Shown one piece after another: positions 15,945-26,360 of a DNA stretch of 64,000 nucleotides (position 1 is its first letter; each line of letters begins with the position of its first letter). Source of the stretch: an uncultured Acidobacteriota bacterium (GTDB lineage: Bacteria; Acidobacteriota; Vicinamibacteria; Vicinamibacterales; UBA2999); assembly GCA_963784065.1 (NCBI GenBank), contig CAWAQA010000005.1, positions 383,530 to 447,529 on the forward strand. The letters run 5' to 3'. Below the pieces are notes generated by a model that saw nothing but the letters and a program-made list of their open reading frames with translations, did no database searches and was not told the origin of the DNA. Made by a program: the position numbers and the translations under genes.

Positions 15945-16754
15945 TCACTTCCACTGCTGCTTGACGAGATCCCATTCCGCGCGCAGCGCGGCCATGGAGT
16001 CGGGCTGCTCGCGGGCCGGCCGCGTGCGGGCGCGCTCGGGGATCAAGGCCTGCGTGACGAGGCGATCGAGGTCGGCGCGCAGCGTTTCAGACGACTCCGG
16101 CTTGAGCGTCGAGCGCACCCACGCGGCAACGGCGGCATCCCAGGCACGATCGACGTCGCCGCTGCCGCGGGCGGCCACCGCGAGCCAGTAGTTCGCCACC
16201 GTGTTCGCCGGATCCTCCCGCAGCTCCGATTCCATCCGCTCGCCGATGCGCTCGAAGACGCGCACGCGGCGCTCCGCCGGGCGCGCCTGCGCTTCGCGGT
16301 CGAGCGCGGTCGCCCACCAGTCGAGCAGCAACAGCCGATCGCGCTCGGGCAGGAGCGTCGCACGGTTCAGGGCGGTATCGAACAACTCGGCTGCCGCGCC
16401 AAAGACTTCCCCGAGGTACAGCGACTGGCCCAGCCCGACGAGCAGGTCAACCTGGTCGCGCGGCGTCAGCGCGCTGGAGCGTACCGACCCGAGTGCCTCG
16501 CGCGCGCCGCCCAGATCGGCTGGGTCGACGCGCTGCCGGTACCGCTCGAGATGGGAGCGCGCGATGACCAGCGCGGCCGCGTCCGCGCTTGCAGGTTCGC
16601 GCCGCGCCACGGCCGCCGCGCTGATTGCGCCGTCGAAGTCCCCGGCGTTGTACAGCGCGCGCGCCTTGGCCAGCGCCGGATGCTCCGCCGCCCCCGCCGG
16701 CAGGGCGAAGAGCAGGAGCGCGAGAATGGCGACCACGGCCCGCATCGAACTCAT
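15945..16754 (-). CDS. Secreted all-alpha (TPR-like) hypothetical protein
   Basis: Signal peptide; helical Ala/Leu-rich repeats (ARALYNAGDFDGAI, GLGQSLYLGEVFGAAAELF). Confidence 0.6.
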   Translation of the reverse strand: MSSMRAVVAILALLLFALPAGAAEHPALAKARALYNAGDFDGAISAAAVARREPASADAAALVIARSHLERYRQRVDPADLGGAREALGSVRSSALTPRDQVDLLVGLGQSLYLGEVFGAAAELFDTALNRATLLPERDRLLLLDWWATALDREAQARPAERRVRVFERIGERMESELREDPANTVANYWLAVAARGSGDVDRAWDAAVAAWVRSTLKPESSETLRADLDRLVTQALIPERARTRPAREQPDSMAALRAEWDLVKQQWK

Positions 16755-16771
16755 CGTATACCACTGTTACA

Positions 16772-18085
16772 ATGCGACCGATGACGGTTCCGGTTATCGT
16801 GCCCCGCGCGGAGCACGCGATCTCGCGCAGCCAGATCGACGCCGACGCGCTCAAGGTGCTGTACCGGCTGCATCAGAACGACTACGTCGCCTACCTCGTC
16901 GGCGGCAGCGTACGCGACCTCCTGCTCGCGCGCCGGCCGAAGGACTTCGACATCGCAACCTCGGCCCACCCGTACCAGGTGAAGCGCCTGTTCCGCAACT
17001 GCTGGATCATCGGCCGCCGCTTCCGCCTGGCGCACGTCAAGTTCGGACCGAAGACGATCGAGGTGGCCACGTTCCGCCGCCCGGTCTCGGCCGAGGAGCT
17101 CGCCGCTGCCGAGGACGCGCCGCTGGAAGGCATCCCGCTCGAGGCGCACAGCGACAACGCTCCCGATCGCCTGGTCCACCGCGACAACACCTTCGGCACG
17201 CCCGAGGAGGACGCGTTCCGCCGCGACTTCACGGTCAACGCCCTGTTCTACGACATCAGCACGTTCTCGATCATCGACTACACAGGCGGCCTCGAGGACC
17301 TGCGGGCGCGCGTGATCCGCTCGATCGGCAATCCGGTCGAGCGGTTCCAGGAGGACCCGGTCCGCATGCTGCGCGCGGTGACGATGGCCGCGCGACTGGA
17401 GTTCTCGATCGATCCGCCGATTGACGAGGCGATCGGCGTGCTTCGCGCCGACATCGCACGCGCGGCGCCTGCGCGGTTGATGGAAGAGTTCTACAAGCTG
17501 CTGCGGACCGGCGCGGGCGAGCGCGCGTTTCGCATGCTGGCGGAGCGCCGCCTGCTCGAGCCCATCGCGCCTGAACTCCAGAAAGGCGCAACCGACGCGC
17601 TGTGGCGATCGCTCTCGGCGGTGGACGCGTACCGCGCCCGCTTCGACGACGTACCGGAGACGCTGACCAACGCGGTCCTGCTCGGATCGCTGCTGGCGCC
17701 GCTCGGTCACACGATCAGGTCGCTCTCGCCGCCGCCGGTCGCGGACGGCGAATTCCGCAAGGAGCCGCGCCTGTCGCTCGGCATCCTGCCGCTCGCACGG
17801 CGCGACATCGAGCGGTTGCGCCAGATCCTCGGGCTCCAGCGGAGGCTGGTGGACATGCACCTCTCGCCTCGCGCGCGCCGCGCGTTGATGCATCGCGCGC
17901 CGTTCAAGGAAGCGCTGACCTGGCTCGAGATCCACGGCAGCTCGCCAGAGGTCCTGGAGCACTGGCGCGGGTTCATCGAAGCCGCGGGCACGTTCGAGGC
18001 GGAGACCACCGAGGCGGCAGACCCGCAACGCCGGCGCCGCCGGCGACGCCGGCGCCGCCGATCGGTCAAATCGACGACGACGTGA
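16772..18085 (+). CDS. pcnB: Poly(A) polymerase I
   Basis: VGGSVRDLL, KDFDIAT, PAP-specific IIGRRFRLAHV motif, RRDFTVNAL, EDPVRMLRA, Arg-rich tail. Confidence 0.9.
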   Translation: MRPMTVPVIVPRAEHAISRSQIDADALKVLYRLHQNDYVAYLVGGSVRDLLLARRPKDFDIATSAHPYQVKRLFRNCWIIGRRFRLAHVKFGPKTIEVATFRRPVSAEELAAAEDAPLEGIPLEAHSDNAPDRLVHRDNTFGTPEEDAFRRDFTVNALFYDISTFSIIDYTGGLEDLRARVIRSIGNPVERFQEDPVRMLRAVTMAARLEFSIDPPIDEAIGVLRADIARAAPARLMEEFYKLLRTGAGERAFRMLAERRLLEPIAPELQKGATDALWRSLSAVDAYRARFDDVPETLTNAVLLGSLLAPLGHTIRSLSPPPVADGEFRKEPRLSLGILPLARRDIERLRQILGLQRRLVDMHLSPRARRALMHRAPFKEALTWLEIHGSSPEVLEHWRGFIEAAGTFEAETTEAADPQRRRRRRRRRRRSVKSTTT

Positions 18086-18089
18086 GTCC

Positions 18090-18156
18090 TCGTCTTCGGG
18101 CTGCAGCCGTCGGTGTCCGGTCTTCGGTCCGACCGGAGCCCGGAGACCGCAGACCA
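18090..18156. repeat. Inverted heptamer array, CGGTCTY family, between convergent pcnB and serC
   Basis: cggtgtc cggtctt cggtc facing gaccg gagcccg gagaccg cagacca. Confidence 0.7.
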
Positions 18157-18161
18157 GCACG

Positions 18162-19257
18162 CTATCCCCGCTTCCTCTCGAACTCCCGCATGAACTCCAC
18201 GAGCGCGTCCACTCCCTCTTCGGGAAACGCGTTGTAGATGGAGGCGCGCATGCCGCCCACGGCGCGGTGGCCCTTCAGGCCGTCGAGCCCGGCCGCGGTG
18301 GCCTCTTTTTCGAACGCCTTGTCCAGTTCCTCGGTCTGCAGCCGGAACGTCACGTTCATCAGCGAACGGCTGTCCGTCGCGGCGGTGCCGCGATAGAAGC
18401 CGGTGCGATCGATCTCGGCGTACAGCTTCCCCGCCTTGCGCTCGTTGATCTGCCGGATACCTGGCAGCCCGCCATGCGCCTTCAGCCACTTCATCGTCAG
18501 GCCGAGGATGTAGACGCCGAAGGTCGGCGGCGTGTTGTAGAGCGAGTTGTTGTCCGCGTGGATCTTGTAGTTGAGGAACGTAGGCAGCGTGTCCTGCGAA
18601 CGGGCGAGCAGGTCCTCGCGCACGATCACCAGCGTGACGCCGGACGGTCCGAGGTTCTTCTGCGCCCCGGCGTAGATCAGGCCGAAGCGGCCGACGTCCA
18701 TCGGGCCGTGAAACATGTCGGACGAGGTGTCGGCCACGAGCGGCGCAGCGCCGGTCTGCGGCAGCGTCTTCCACTGGGTCCCCTCGATCGTGTTGTTGGT
18801 CGTGATGTGGACGTACGCAGCGCCGGGCGTGAGCTTCAGCTCGTTCTGGCGCGGGGATCCGCGTGTAGCCGTCCGCCTTCGTCGAGCCGGTGACGTTGAC
18901 CGTGCCGACCTTTTTCGCTTCCTTGATCGCCTTGTCGGCCCACGAACCGGTGTCCACGTAGTCCGCCGTGGCGCCGGCGCCGAGCAGGTTCATCGGCACC
19001 ATCGAGAACTGCAGCGTCGCGCCCCCCTGCAGCATCAACACCTTGTAGTCCGACGGGATGTTCGCGAGCGCGCGCATGTCCGCGATGGCGGTGTTCAGGA
19101 TGTCCTCGAACGTCTTCGAGCGATGGCTGATCTCCATCACGGACATTCCCACGCCCGGAAGCGACACGAGATCGCGCTGTGCCTCCTCGAGCACGGGCAG
19201 GGGCAGGACGGCAGGACCGGCGGAGAAATTGAAGATGCGGGCGGTACTCGTTGGCAT
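18162..19257 (-). CDS. serC: Phosphoserine aminotransferase (frameshifted)
   Basis: FNFSAGPAVLP, MEISHRS, QGGATLQF, YAGAQKNLGPSG, NTPP, GHRAVGGMRASIYNA. Confidence 0.96.
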
Positions 19258-19294
19258 ATGTGAAACTCCGTGGACTTCGGCTACGGGCTGGCGG

Positions 19295-20572
19295 CTACGA
19301 CTCGAACGACGGGCGACCGGTCCCGGCGCCTGAAGCCTGACGCCCGGAGCCGATATCTATTATCTGCAGGCTGAGGACGTCGGCGTTCCCGCGTTCGATC
19401 GCCGTCAGCAGCGACGCGGGCGGGTTTCCGTCGAGGCTGATGCGCGCGACGGCGGCGTCGGCGCCCTCGAAAATCACGTTCTCGGTTTCCTGGACGTTCA
19501 GGTTGCCGTTGCGGAGGTGCTCGAATACGTGCGCCAGCACGCCGGGACGATCGCGGTGGCGCACCACCAGCCGGTGCGTCGCCGGCGTCGTCTTCGCGAG
19601 GTTCACGACGTTCGGCGCCTGGCCGGTCTCCTTGTAGGCGCGAATCACGCGAACCGCTTCGTCGGCGATGGCGTCCTGCGCCTGTTCGGTTGAGGCGCCG
19701 ATGTGGTGGGTGCCATACACACCGGCGAGGTCGCCGATCGGATCGGCAAAACGCCCGGTCCCGCCCGCCGGCTCCTGCTCGAACACGTCCAGCGCGACGC
19801 GCAGCCCCCGGGTTCTGACGGCCTCGGCGAGCGCGCCGTGATCCACGATTTCGCCACGCGCGGTGTTCACCACGTACGACCCCGGCTTGAGCCGGTTGAA
19901 GATCCCCGCACCGACCAGGTGCTTCGTGTCTGGCGTCAGCGCGAGGTGCAGGCTGAGGACGTCACTGCGCGCGGCCACCTCTTCCGGCGACGGCAGCACG
20001 GTGACGTCGAGATCGCCAGGGATGGCGCGCACGGCCGCCTCACCGTCGCGAACGAAGCGCGGGCTCCAGACGACCACGTGCATGCCGAACGCGCGCGCCC
20101 GGCGCGCCACCTCCTGCCCGATGCTGCCGAACCCGATCAGCCCGAGGGTGCGGCCGTACAGGCCGCGCGCTTTCGAGTACTCGTTCTTGTTCCACCTGCC
20201 TGCGCGCAATTCCGCGACGTTGTCCGGAATACGCCGATCGAGCGCCAGGATCAGGCCGAACGTCAGCTCGGCCACCGCGATCGAGTTCTTGCCCGGACAG
20301 GTCGCAACGTAGATCCCGCGCCGCGAGGCGGCCGCCACGTCGATCGTGTTGACGCCGGCGCCGGCGCGGACGACGAGCGCCAGCCGCCCGGCGTCGAGCA
20401 TCGCCTCGCTGACCCGGGTCGAGCGGACCACGAGCACGTCGGCGCCGGTCGAGCCAATCGCCGCCGCCAGCGCGGCATCCACGAGGTCGGGCTCGTAGAT
20501 CACCTCGCAGCCGGCCGCCGCAAGGCCTTCGAGCCCAGACGTTTCGAACTTGTCCGCGACGAGTACTTTCAT
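19295..20572 (-). CDS. serA: D-3-phosphoglycerate dehydrogenase-like with C-terminal ACT domain
   Basis: RAGAGVNTID, GLIGFGSIG, VNTARG, LDVF, HHIGAST; HRDRPGVLA ACT; adjacent to serC. Confidence 0.82.
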   Translation of the reverse strand: MKVLVADKFETSGLEGLAAAGCEVIYEPDLVDAALAAAIGSTGADVLVVRSTRVSEAMLDAGRLALVVRAGAGVNTIDVAAASRRGIYVATCPGKNSIAVAELTFGLILALDRRIPDNVAELRAGRWNKNEYSKARGLYGRTLGLIGFGSIGQEVARRARAFGMHVVVWSPRFVRDGEAAVRAIPGDLDVTVLPSPEEVAARSDVLSLHLALTPDTKHLVGAGIFNRLKPGSYVVNTARGEIVDHGALAEAVRTRGLRVALDVFEQEPAGGTGRFADPIGDLAGVYGTHHIGASTEQAQDAIADEAVRVIRAYKETGQAPNVVNLAKTTPATHRLVVRHRDRPGVLAHVFEHLRNGNLNVQETENVIFEGADAAVARISLDGNPPASLLTAIERGNADVLSLQIIDIGSGRQASGAGTGRPSFES

Positions 20573-20687
20573 CGGGCTCCGGGCTTCGGGCTTCGGACTC
20601 CGGGCTTGCGGCTTCGGGCTCTGGGTCCTCGGGGCGCGACCGGTGCAGGTTCCGGCCCGGAGCCCGCAGCCTGAAGCGCGAAGCCTT
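20573..20687. repeat. Inverted heptamer array, CGGGCTY family (8 + 5 units)
   Basis: cgggctc cgggctt cgggctt cggactc cgggctt gcggctt cgggctc tgggtcc facing cggcccg gagcccg cagcctg aagcgcg aagcctt. Confidence 0.88.
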
Positions 20688-21904
20688 CAGATGATGTGCG
20701 ACAGCAGCCCGTCCCTGAGCTTCGGCTCGAACCACGTGGACTTCGGGGGCATGATGCCGCCGGCGTCCGAGATGGTCATCAGGTCCTCGACGCTGACCGG
20801 GTACATCGAGAAGGCGACGGCAAACTTGCCGGAATTCACCAGCTTCTCGAGCTCGGCGGGCCCCCTCGCGCCGCCGACGAAGTCGATGCGCTTGTCGGTG
20901 CGGACGTCCCCGACGCCCAGCACCGGCGCCAGCAGCGCATCCTGGAGACGGCTGACGTCCAGGCGATCGGCGGCACCCAGGCCGGCGGGCGCATCGCCCA
21001 ACGCAATCGTGTACCACCGGCCGCCCAGGAACATCGCGACCTCGCCACGCCGGGCCGGGATGGCGGGACCCTCCGTCACCGTGAACCGCTCGCGCAGCGT
21101 CGCCAGGAACGACTCCGGCGTGAAGGAGCCGAGGTCCTTGACCACGCGGTTGTAGGGCAGGATCTGCAGCTGGTTGCCGGGAAAGGCGACCGCCAGAAAC
21201 GTGTCCCACTCCCCCGCCGCGCCGTTCGTGCCCCTCAGCTGCTGCCGCGCCCTGGCGGCACTCGCCGCCCTGTGGTGGCCGTCGGCGATGTAAAGCGCCG
21301 GGATCGCCGCGAACGCCGCGATCAGCTGGCGCTCGTCGCGCCCGTCCACCTGCCAGATGGTGTGCTGAACGCCGTCGGGAGCCGTGATGTCGAAGAGCGG
21401 CGGCGCTGCCGTGCTGCGCTCGACAATGGCATCCACGGCGGACGACGGTTCGTGGATCAGGAACACGGGGCCGGTTTGCGCGCGCAGCTCGAGCAGGTGC
21501 CGCGTGCGATCGTCCTCCTTGTCCCGGCGCGTCCGCTCGTGCTTCTTGATGACGTCGCGGTCGTACTCATCCACCGAAAAGGACGCAGCCACGCCCGTCT
21601 GTACGTGCGAGCCCATCCGCAGGCGATACACATACAGTCGCGGCGCGTCCTCGACGACGAGCGGGGCGTCGGCCTTGAGCTTCGCAAAATTCTCGGCAGC
21701 CTTGGCGTACACCGCATCGGCGTACGGGTTCGTGCCGGACGGAAGATCGATCTCGGGACGGGACACGTGCAGGAAACTCAGCAGGTTGCCGTCGGCGAGG
21801 GCCCTGGCCTCCTCGGCATTGACGACATCGTAGGGAACAGCAGCCACGCGGCCCGCCGAAGCGGGCGTCGGCCGGAGCGCACGGAACGGAACAAGGGCAG
21901 CCAT
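20687..21904 (-). CDS. DUF1015 family protein
   Basis: PFRALRP, PYDVV, KKHERTR, LYIADGHHRAASA, MPPKSTWFEPKLRDGL. Confidence 0.9.
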   Translation of the reverse strand: MAALVPFRALRPTPASAGRVAAVPYDVVNAEEARALADGNLLSFLHVSRPEIDLPSGTNPYADAVYAKAAENFAKLKADAPLVVEDAPRLYVYRLRMGSHVQTGVAASFSVDEYDRDVIKKHERTRRDKEDDRTRHLLELRAQTGPVFLIHEPSSAVDAIVERSTAAPPLFDITAPDGVQHTIWQVDGRDERQLIAAFAAIPALYIADGHHRAASAARARQQLRGTNGAAGEWDTFLAVAFPGNQLQILPYNRVVKDLGSFTPESFLATLRERFTVTEGPAIPARRGEVAMFLGGRWYTIALGDAPAGLGAADRLDVSRLQDALLAPVLGVGDVRTDKRIDFVGGARGPAELEKLVNSGKFAVAFSMYPVSVEDLMTISDAGGIMPPKSTWFEPKLRDGLLSHII

Positions 21905-21940
21905 CGAATAGAAAATTATATATTCGGAGGTGGAGGCGTC

Positions 21941-24920
21941 ATGTTGTCAGCGAGACATTCGAGCTACAACCGAGCGTGTGCCGCCGCGCTCCTGCTCCTG
22001 CTCCTCGGCCGGCCGGCATACGCGCAGAGCGCCACGGGCGACGTCCAGGGCACCGTCGTCGATCAGTCGGGCGCGGTACTGCCCGGCGTGACCGTGACCG
22101 TCACCAACACGGCCACCGGTGTGCAGCGAGAGGCTGTCACCGACGCGGCGGGACGCTTCGCCGTGCCTGGTCTGCAGGTGGGCCCGTACGAAGTGACCGC
22201 GGCGCTGCAGGGGTTCGCGACGCGACGCCAGGAGAACCTGCGCGTGCAGATCGGCGAGACGAACAACCTCCGGCTCGAGCTGGGGGTGGCGGCGCTCGCC
22301 GACACGATTACCGTCAGCGCGACGGCGCCGGTCCTCGAAACGACGCGGACCCAGGTGAGCTCGGTCGTCAATTCCACCGCTGTCGCCAACCTGCCCGTGA
22401 ACGGGCGCAACTTCATCGACTTCGTGCTGCTGACGCCCGGCGTGACGCGCGACACACGCGGCGGCGACATCAGCTTCGCCGGCCAGCGCGGGACGCTGAA
22501 CAGCCTGATCGTGGACGGCGCCGACAACAACAACACGTTCTTCGGACAGTCGCTGGGACGCACGGGCTCGGGCCGGGCGCCGTACCAGTTCAGCCAGGAA
22601 GCCGTGCAGGAGTTCCAGGTGAACGCCAACGCGTTCTCCGCCGAGTTCGGGCGCGCCGGCGGGGCGGTCATCAACGTCGTCACCAAGTCGGGCACCAACC
22701 GGTTCAGCGGCTCGGTGTTCGAGTTCTACCGCGACAAGGCGCTCAACGCCAACAGCGCGATCAATGAATCGCTCGGCCGTCCGAAGAGCCCCTATCACTA
22801 CAACCAGTTCGGCGGCGTGCTCGGCGGGCCGCTCGTTCGGGACCGCCACTTCTTCTTCGTCAACTACGACGGCCAGCGCAACACGCAGCCGAACGTCGTC
22901 TTCATGAACGTGCCGGCCAATGTCCCCGGCGACCCCCTCACGCAGCTGGCGCTGCAGCGGCTCCAGCCGCTCTCCGCGAGCTGGGAACGGACGCAGAACC
23001 AGGACACGTTCCTGGTGAAGACCGACCATCAGCTGACCGGTAATCACCGCCTGACCCTGCGCTACAACCACCAGAACTTCGTCGGCGAGGGTTTCGAGAA
23101 CGGCGGCACGCAACAGTCGTTCGAGACGACCGGCGCGTCGAAGGTCTACACCCGCTCGTTCAACGCCACGGTCGCCAGCGTGCTCGGGCCGAGTCTGTTC
23201 AACGAGATGCGCGTGCAGTGGGCGAAGGATCGCGAGCCGGGCGAGGCCAACAGCGAGAACCCGCAGGCCGACGTGCGCCAGGGCGGCACGCTCGTGCTTC
23301 GTATCGGCCGCAATTTCTTCAGCCCGCGCGAGACGACCGTGGATCGCGTGCAGGTGGCCGACACGCTGACGTGGGTGCGCGGGGCGCACAAGGTCAAGGG
23401 CGGGTTCGACGTCCAGATGGACGACATCCTCAACTTCTTCCCGGGCAACTTCTCCGGCGTCTATGTCTTCCAGACGCTGGCCCGCTTCGCGACGGGTGCA
23501 CCGACGGGCCCGGGCGATACCTTCGCCCAGGCCTTCCCGGGCGACGGGACCAGCGGGGCGCGCACCAACCCTGACATCAGGGAGACGTCGCTCTTCGTCC
23601 AGGACGAGTGGCGGGTCGGCGACGCGCTGACGGTGAACGCCGGGCTCCGCTACGACCGCCAGAAGTTCGCGCAGCCGCAGGTGCGCAATCCCGCCCCGGA
23701 GCTCGCCGCCGCCGGCATCGACACGAGCGTGCTGAACACCGACAACAACAACGTCGGCCCCCGGGTGGGCGTCGCCTGGGCGCCGGTCGGCCGGCGCTAC
23801 GTGGTCCGCGCGGGCTACGGCCTGTTCTACGGACGTACGCCGTCGATCATGGTCGGCACGGCGCACTCCAACAACGGCATCAACGTGCAGACGATCACGT
23901 TCAGCGGTACGGCAGGCAATCCCGTGCCCACCTATCCGAACCGCTTCGCGTCGATCCCGGCGGGCGTCACGCTGCCGAGGCCGACGATCTTCACCTTCGA
24001 TCCCGACTACCAGAACGCGCGCACGCAGCAGGCGAGCACGGGGGTGGAATGGGAATGGATGCCGAACACGTCGGTCGCGGTGAACTACCTGTTCGTCAGG
24101 GGCGATGACCTGCCCCGCTCGACCGACATCAACGTCGGCGCGGCAAGCCCGGTGACGTTCACCGGGCCGGACGGCGAGAGGCTGCCGCACTATCAGTTCG
24201 CGCCGGGTCCGTTCACCAGTTTCGCGCGCGTGATCTCATTCCAGAGCACGGCGGAGTCGCGCTACAACGGCGTGACCGTGGAGCTGAATCGCCGGTTCGC
24301 GCAGGGATATCAGTACCGGGTGGCGTATACGCTGGGGAAGGTCGAGGACACGGTGCCGGATGCAACCGCGGTCGTGCCCGAGGGATCCGACGATCGCAAG
24401 TTCGCGTCCAACCCCGCGGACTTCGACGTCGATCGCGCCCCGGGCGGCACCGACCAGCGGCACCGTTTCGTCGGCAGCGTGATCTACACGACCGACACGT
24501 TCGCCGCGCGATTCGGCGGATGGGTCGAGGACCTGCTCAAGGACTGGACACTCAGCGCGATCTACACGGCGCAGAGCGGACAGCCGTACAGCGCCTATGT
24601 CGCGACTGACATCAATCTCGACTCGAACCGCTTCAACGACGTGGCACCCGGCACCACGCGCAACGAGTTCCGGTATCCCAAGGTACATGTCGTTCGACCC
24701 GCGCGTCGCACGCAACATCGGTCTCGGCGGCACGCGGGAGCTGACGTTGATCTGGGAGGCCTTCAACCTGCTGAACCGCGCGAACTACAACGTGGTCCAG
24801 CAGACCTTGTACGCGGTGGACCTGCCGACGCGGGCGTTGACGAGGAACCCGCAGTTCGGTCAGTTCACGGGGCAGGACGACCCGAGGATCATGCAGCTCG
24901 CGGTGAAGTTGGCGTTCTGA
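21941..24920 (+). CDS. TonB-dependent receptor (Oar-like, carboxypeptidase-regulatory N-terminal domain); frameshift near 24685
   Basis: GTVVDQSGAVLPGVTVT, LPVNGRNF, AVQEFQV, SAEFGRAGGAVINVVTKSGTN, C-terminal PRIMQLAVKLAF. Confidence 0.92.
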
Positions 24921-25026
24921 AGGCCCCGGGCCTCAGGGCCCAGGGCTCAGGCGTCTCGCAGGCCTCAGTCGCTGCCCGCTGACGCCTGGGACAGCCCTGA
25001 ATCCTGGGCCCCGGTCCCTGAGGCCT
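24921..25026. repeat. Inverted heptamer array, AGGSCTC family
   Basis: aggcccc gggcctc agggccc agggctc aggcgtc facing gacgcct...cagccct gaatcct gggcccc ggtccct gaggcct. Confidence 0.75.
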
Positions 25027-26305
25027 GCGTGAGCTGGGCGAGCGCCTTGTCGCGCTCGGCGGCGAAGTCCGCGAGCGCGGAGGCTGGGACGGGCTCTCCC
25101 GGCGGCATGTTGCGATGCTCGCGGACGGGGTCTACCCACTGGCCGTTGCGCTGTAACCCGTAGTGCAGGTGCGGACCGGTCGCGAGCCCGGTGGCGCCGA
25201 CCAGTCCGACCGTCTGTCCCTGGCTGACGCGCATGCCGGCACGGATGCCGGATGCAAATGCTGAGAGGTGCAGGTAGTACGACTGGTACCCGCCGGCATG
25301 GCGCAGACGCACCATGCGGCCGTTCGCATTGTCGTAGGTGGCGGAGATGACGGTGCCGGTCGAGACCGCTACGACCGGCGCGCCGGTGGGAGCGCCGTAG
25401 TCCACTCCGCGGTGCGCGCGGGCCGTCCCGAGCACGGGGTGCATCCGCCGCATCGAATACCTGGACGTGATGCGCGGCTCGAACTTCAGCGGCGACTTGA
25501 GGAAGAAACGGCGCAGCGAGCGTCCGTGCTCATCGTAGTACGCCGGCTTCCCGCCGGGCGTCGTGAAGCGGATCGCGCGCAACACGCGTCCGTCGTTACG
25601 GAACTCGGCGGCCTCGATCACGCCGTAGGTGGACGGCCGCCCTTCGCGGTTCCACCGCTCGAACGACAGCGCAAAGCGGTCGTCAGGCTGAAGCTCGTTG
25701 TTGAAGTCGATCTCGCCCGAGAAGATTTCCGCGAGCGCGAGCGTCAGCTCCGCGCCTTCACCTGCCGCGTCCATGGCCTGGAAGAGCGATGGCGTGTCGC
25801 CGCCGATCGTGCCCGACACGTGGTCGTGCTCGAGCGTCTTCGGAATCGGCACCAGCTCCGCCCGCACCTCGGGCGTCCCGGTCGAGACGGGGATCACGCG
25901 CAGGAACCAGTCGGGATCGATCTCGTATTCGAAGAAGCGCAGCGCCCCCTCGAGCGTGCGCTCGAGCGAGAACGGCTGCGCCGACCGCAGCCGGCGAGGG
26001 TCGAACACTGTCTGCGCCGCCTCGACGATGCGCTGCACCGCGTCGCCTTCGAGACCCTGCGCGCTGAGCATCGAGGCCAGCGTCGTGTTGCGCGGCACTT
26101 CACCGCGGATGAGGGTCGTGTCCGGCGTGAGCGTGATGTCGGAGGTCCGGACGGACGGGGCGCGTCAGCTCGACCGTTGCAGGCGGCGCGACCCCGAGGC
26201 ACAAGGCGCATGCGAGCCAGCTGCAGCTGCAGCGGGCGTGGCGTGATAGGCGGCGTGGCGACGAGGCAGACAAGCGGCGCCTGTTCCCGTATCGCGTCGA
26301 GCCAT
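24965..26305 (-). CDS. M23 family metallopeptidase (MepM-like); 5' end frameshifted/uncertain
   Basis: FLKSPLKF, HRGVDYGAPTG, YLHLS, GLATGPHLHY. Confidence 0.9.
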
Positions 26306-26360
26306 GTTCACTGCCAGCGCGTCAGCGCGCAGCCATGGCCGTGAGTCCGTCATCGCGGCG

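Noticed and set aside
18028-18062. (CGC/CGG)n tract
   Set aside because: It encodes the Arg-rich C-terminal tail typical of PcnB.
20696-21940. 1428-aa ORF extending the TonB-dependent receptor upstream
   Set aside because: The extension is the antisense shadow of DUF1015. The real start is ATG 21941, after GGAGG and before a signal peptide.
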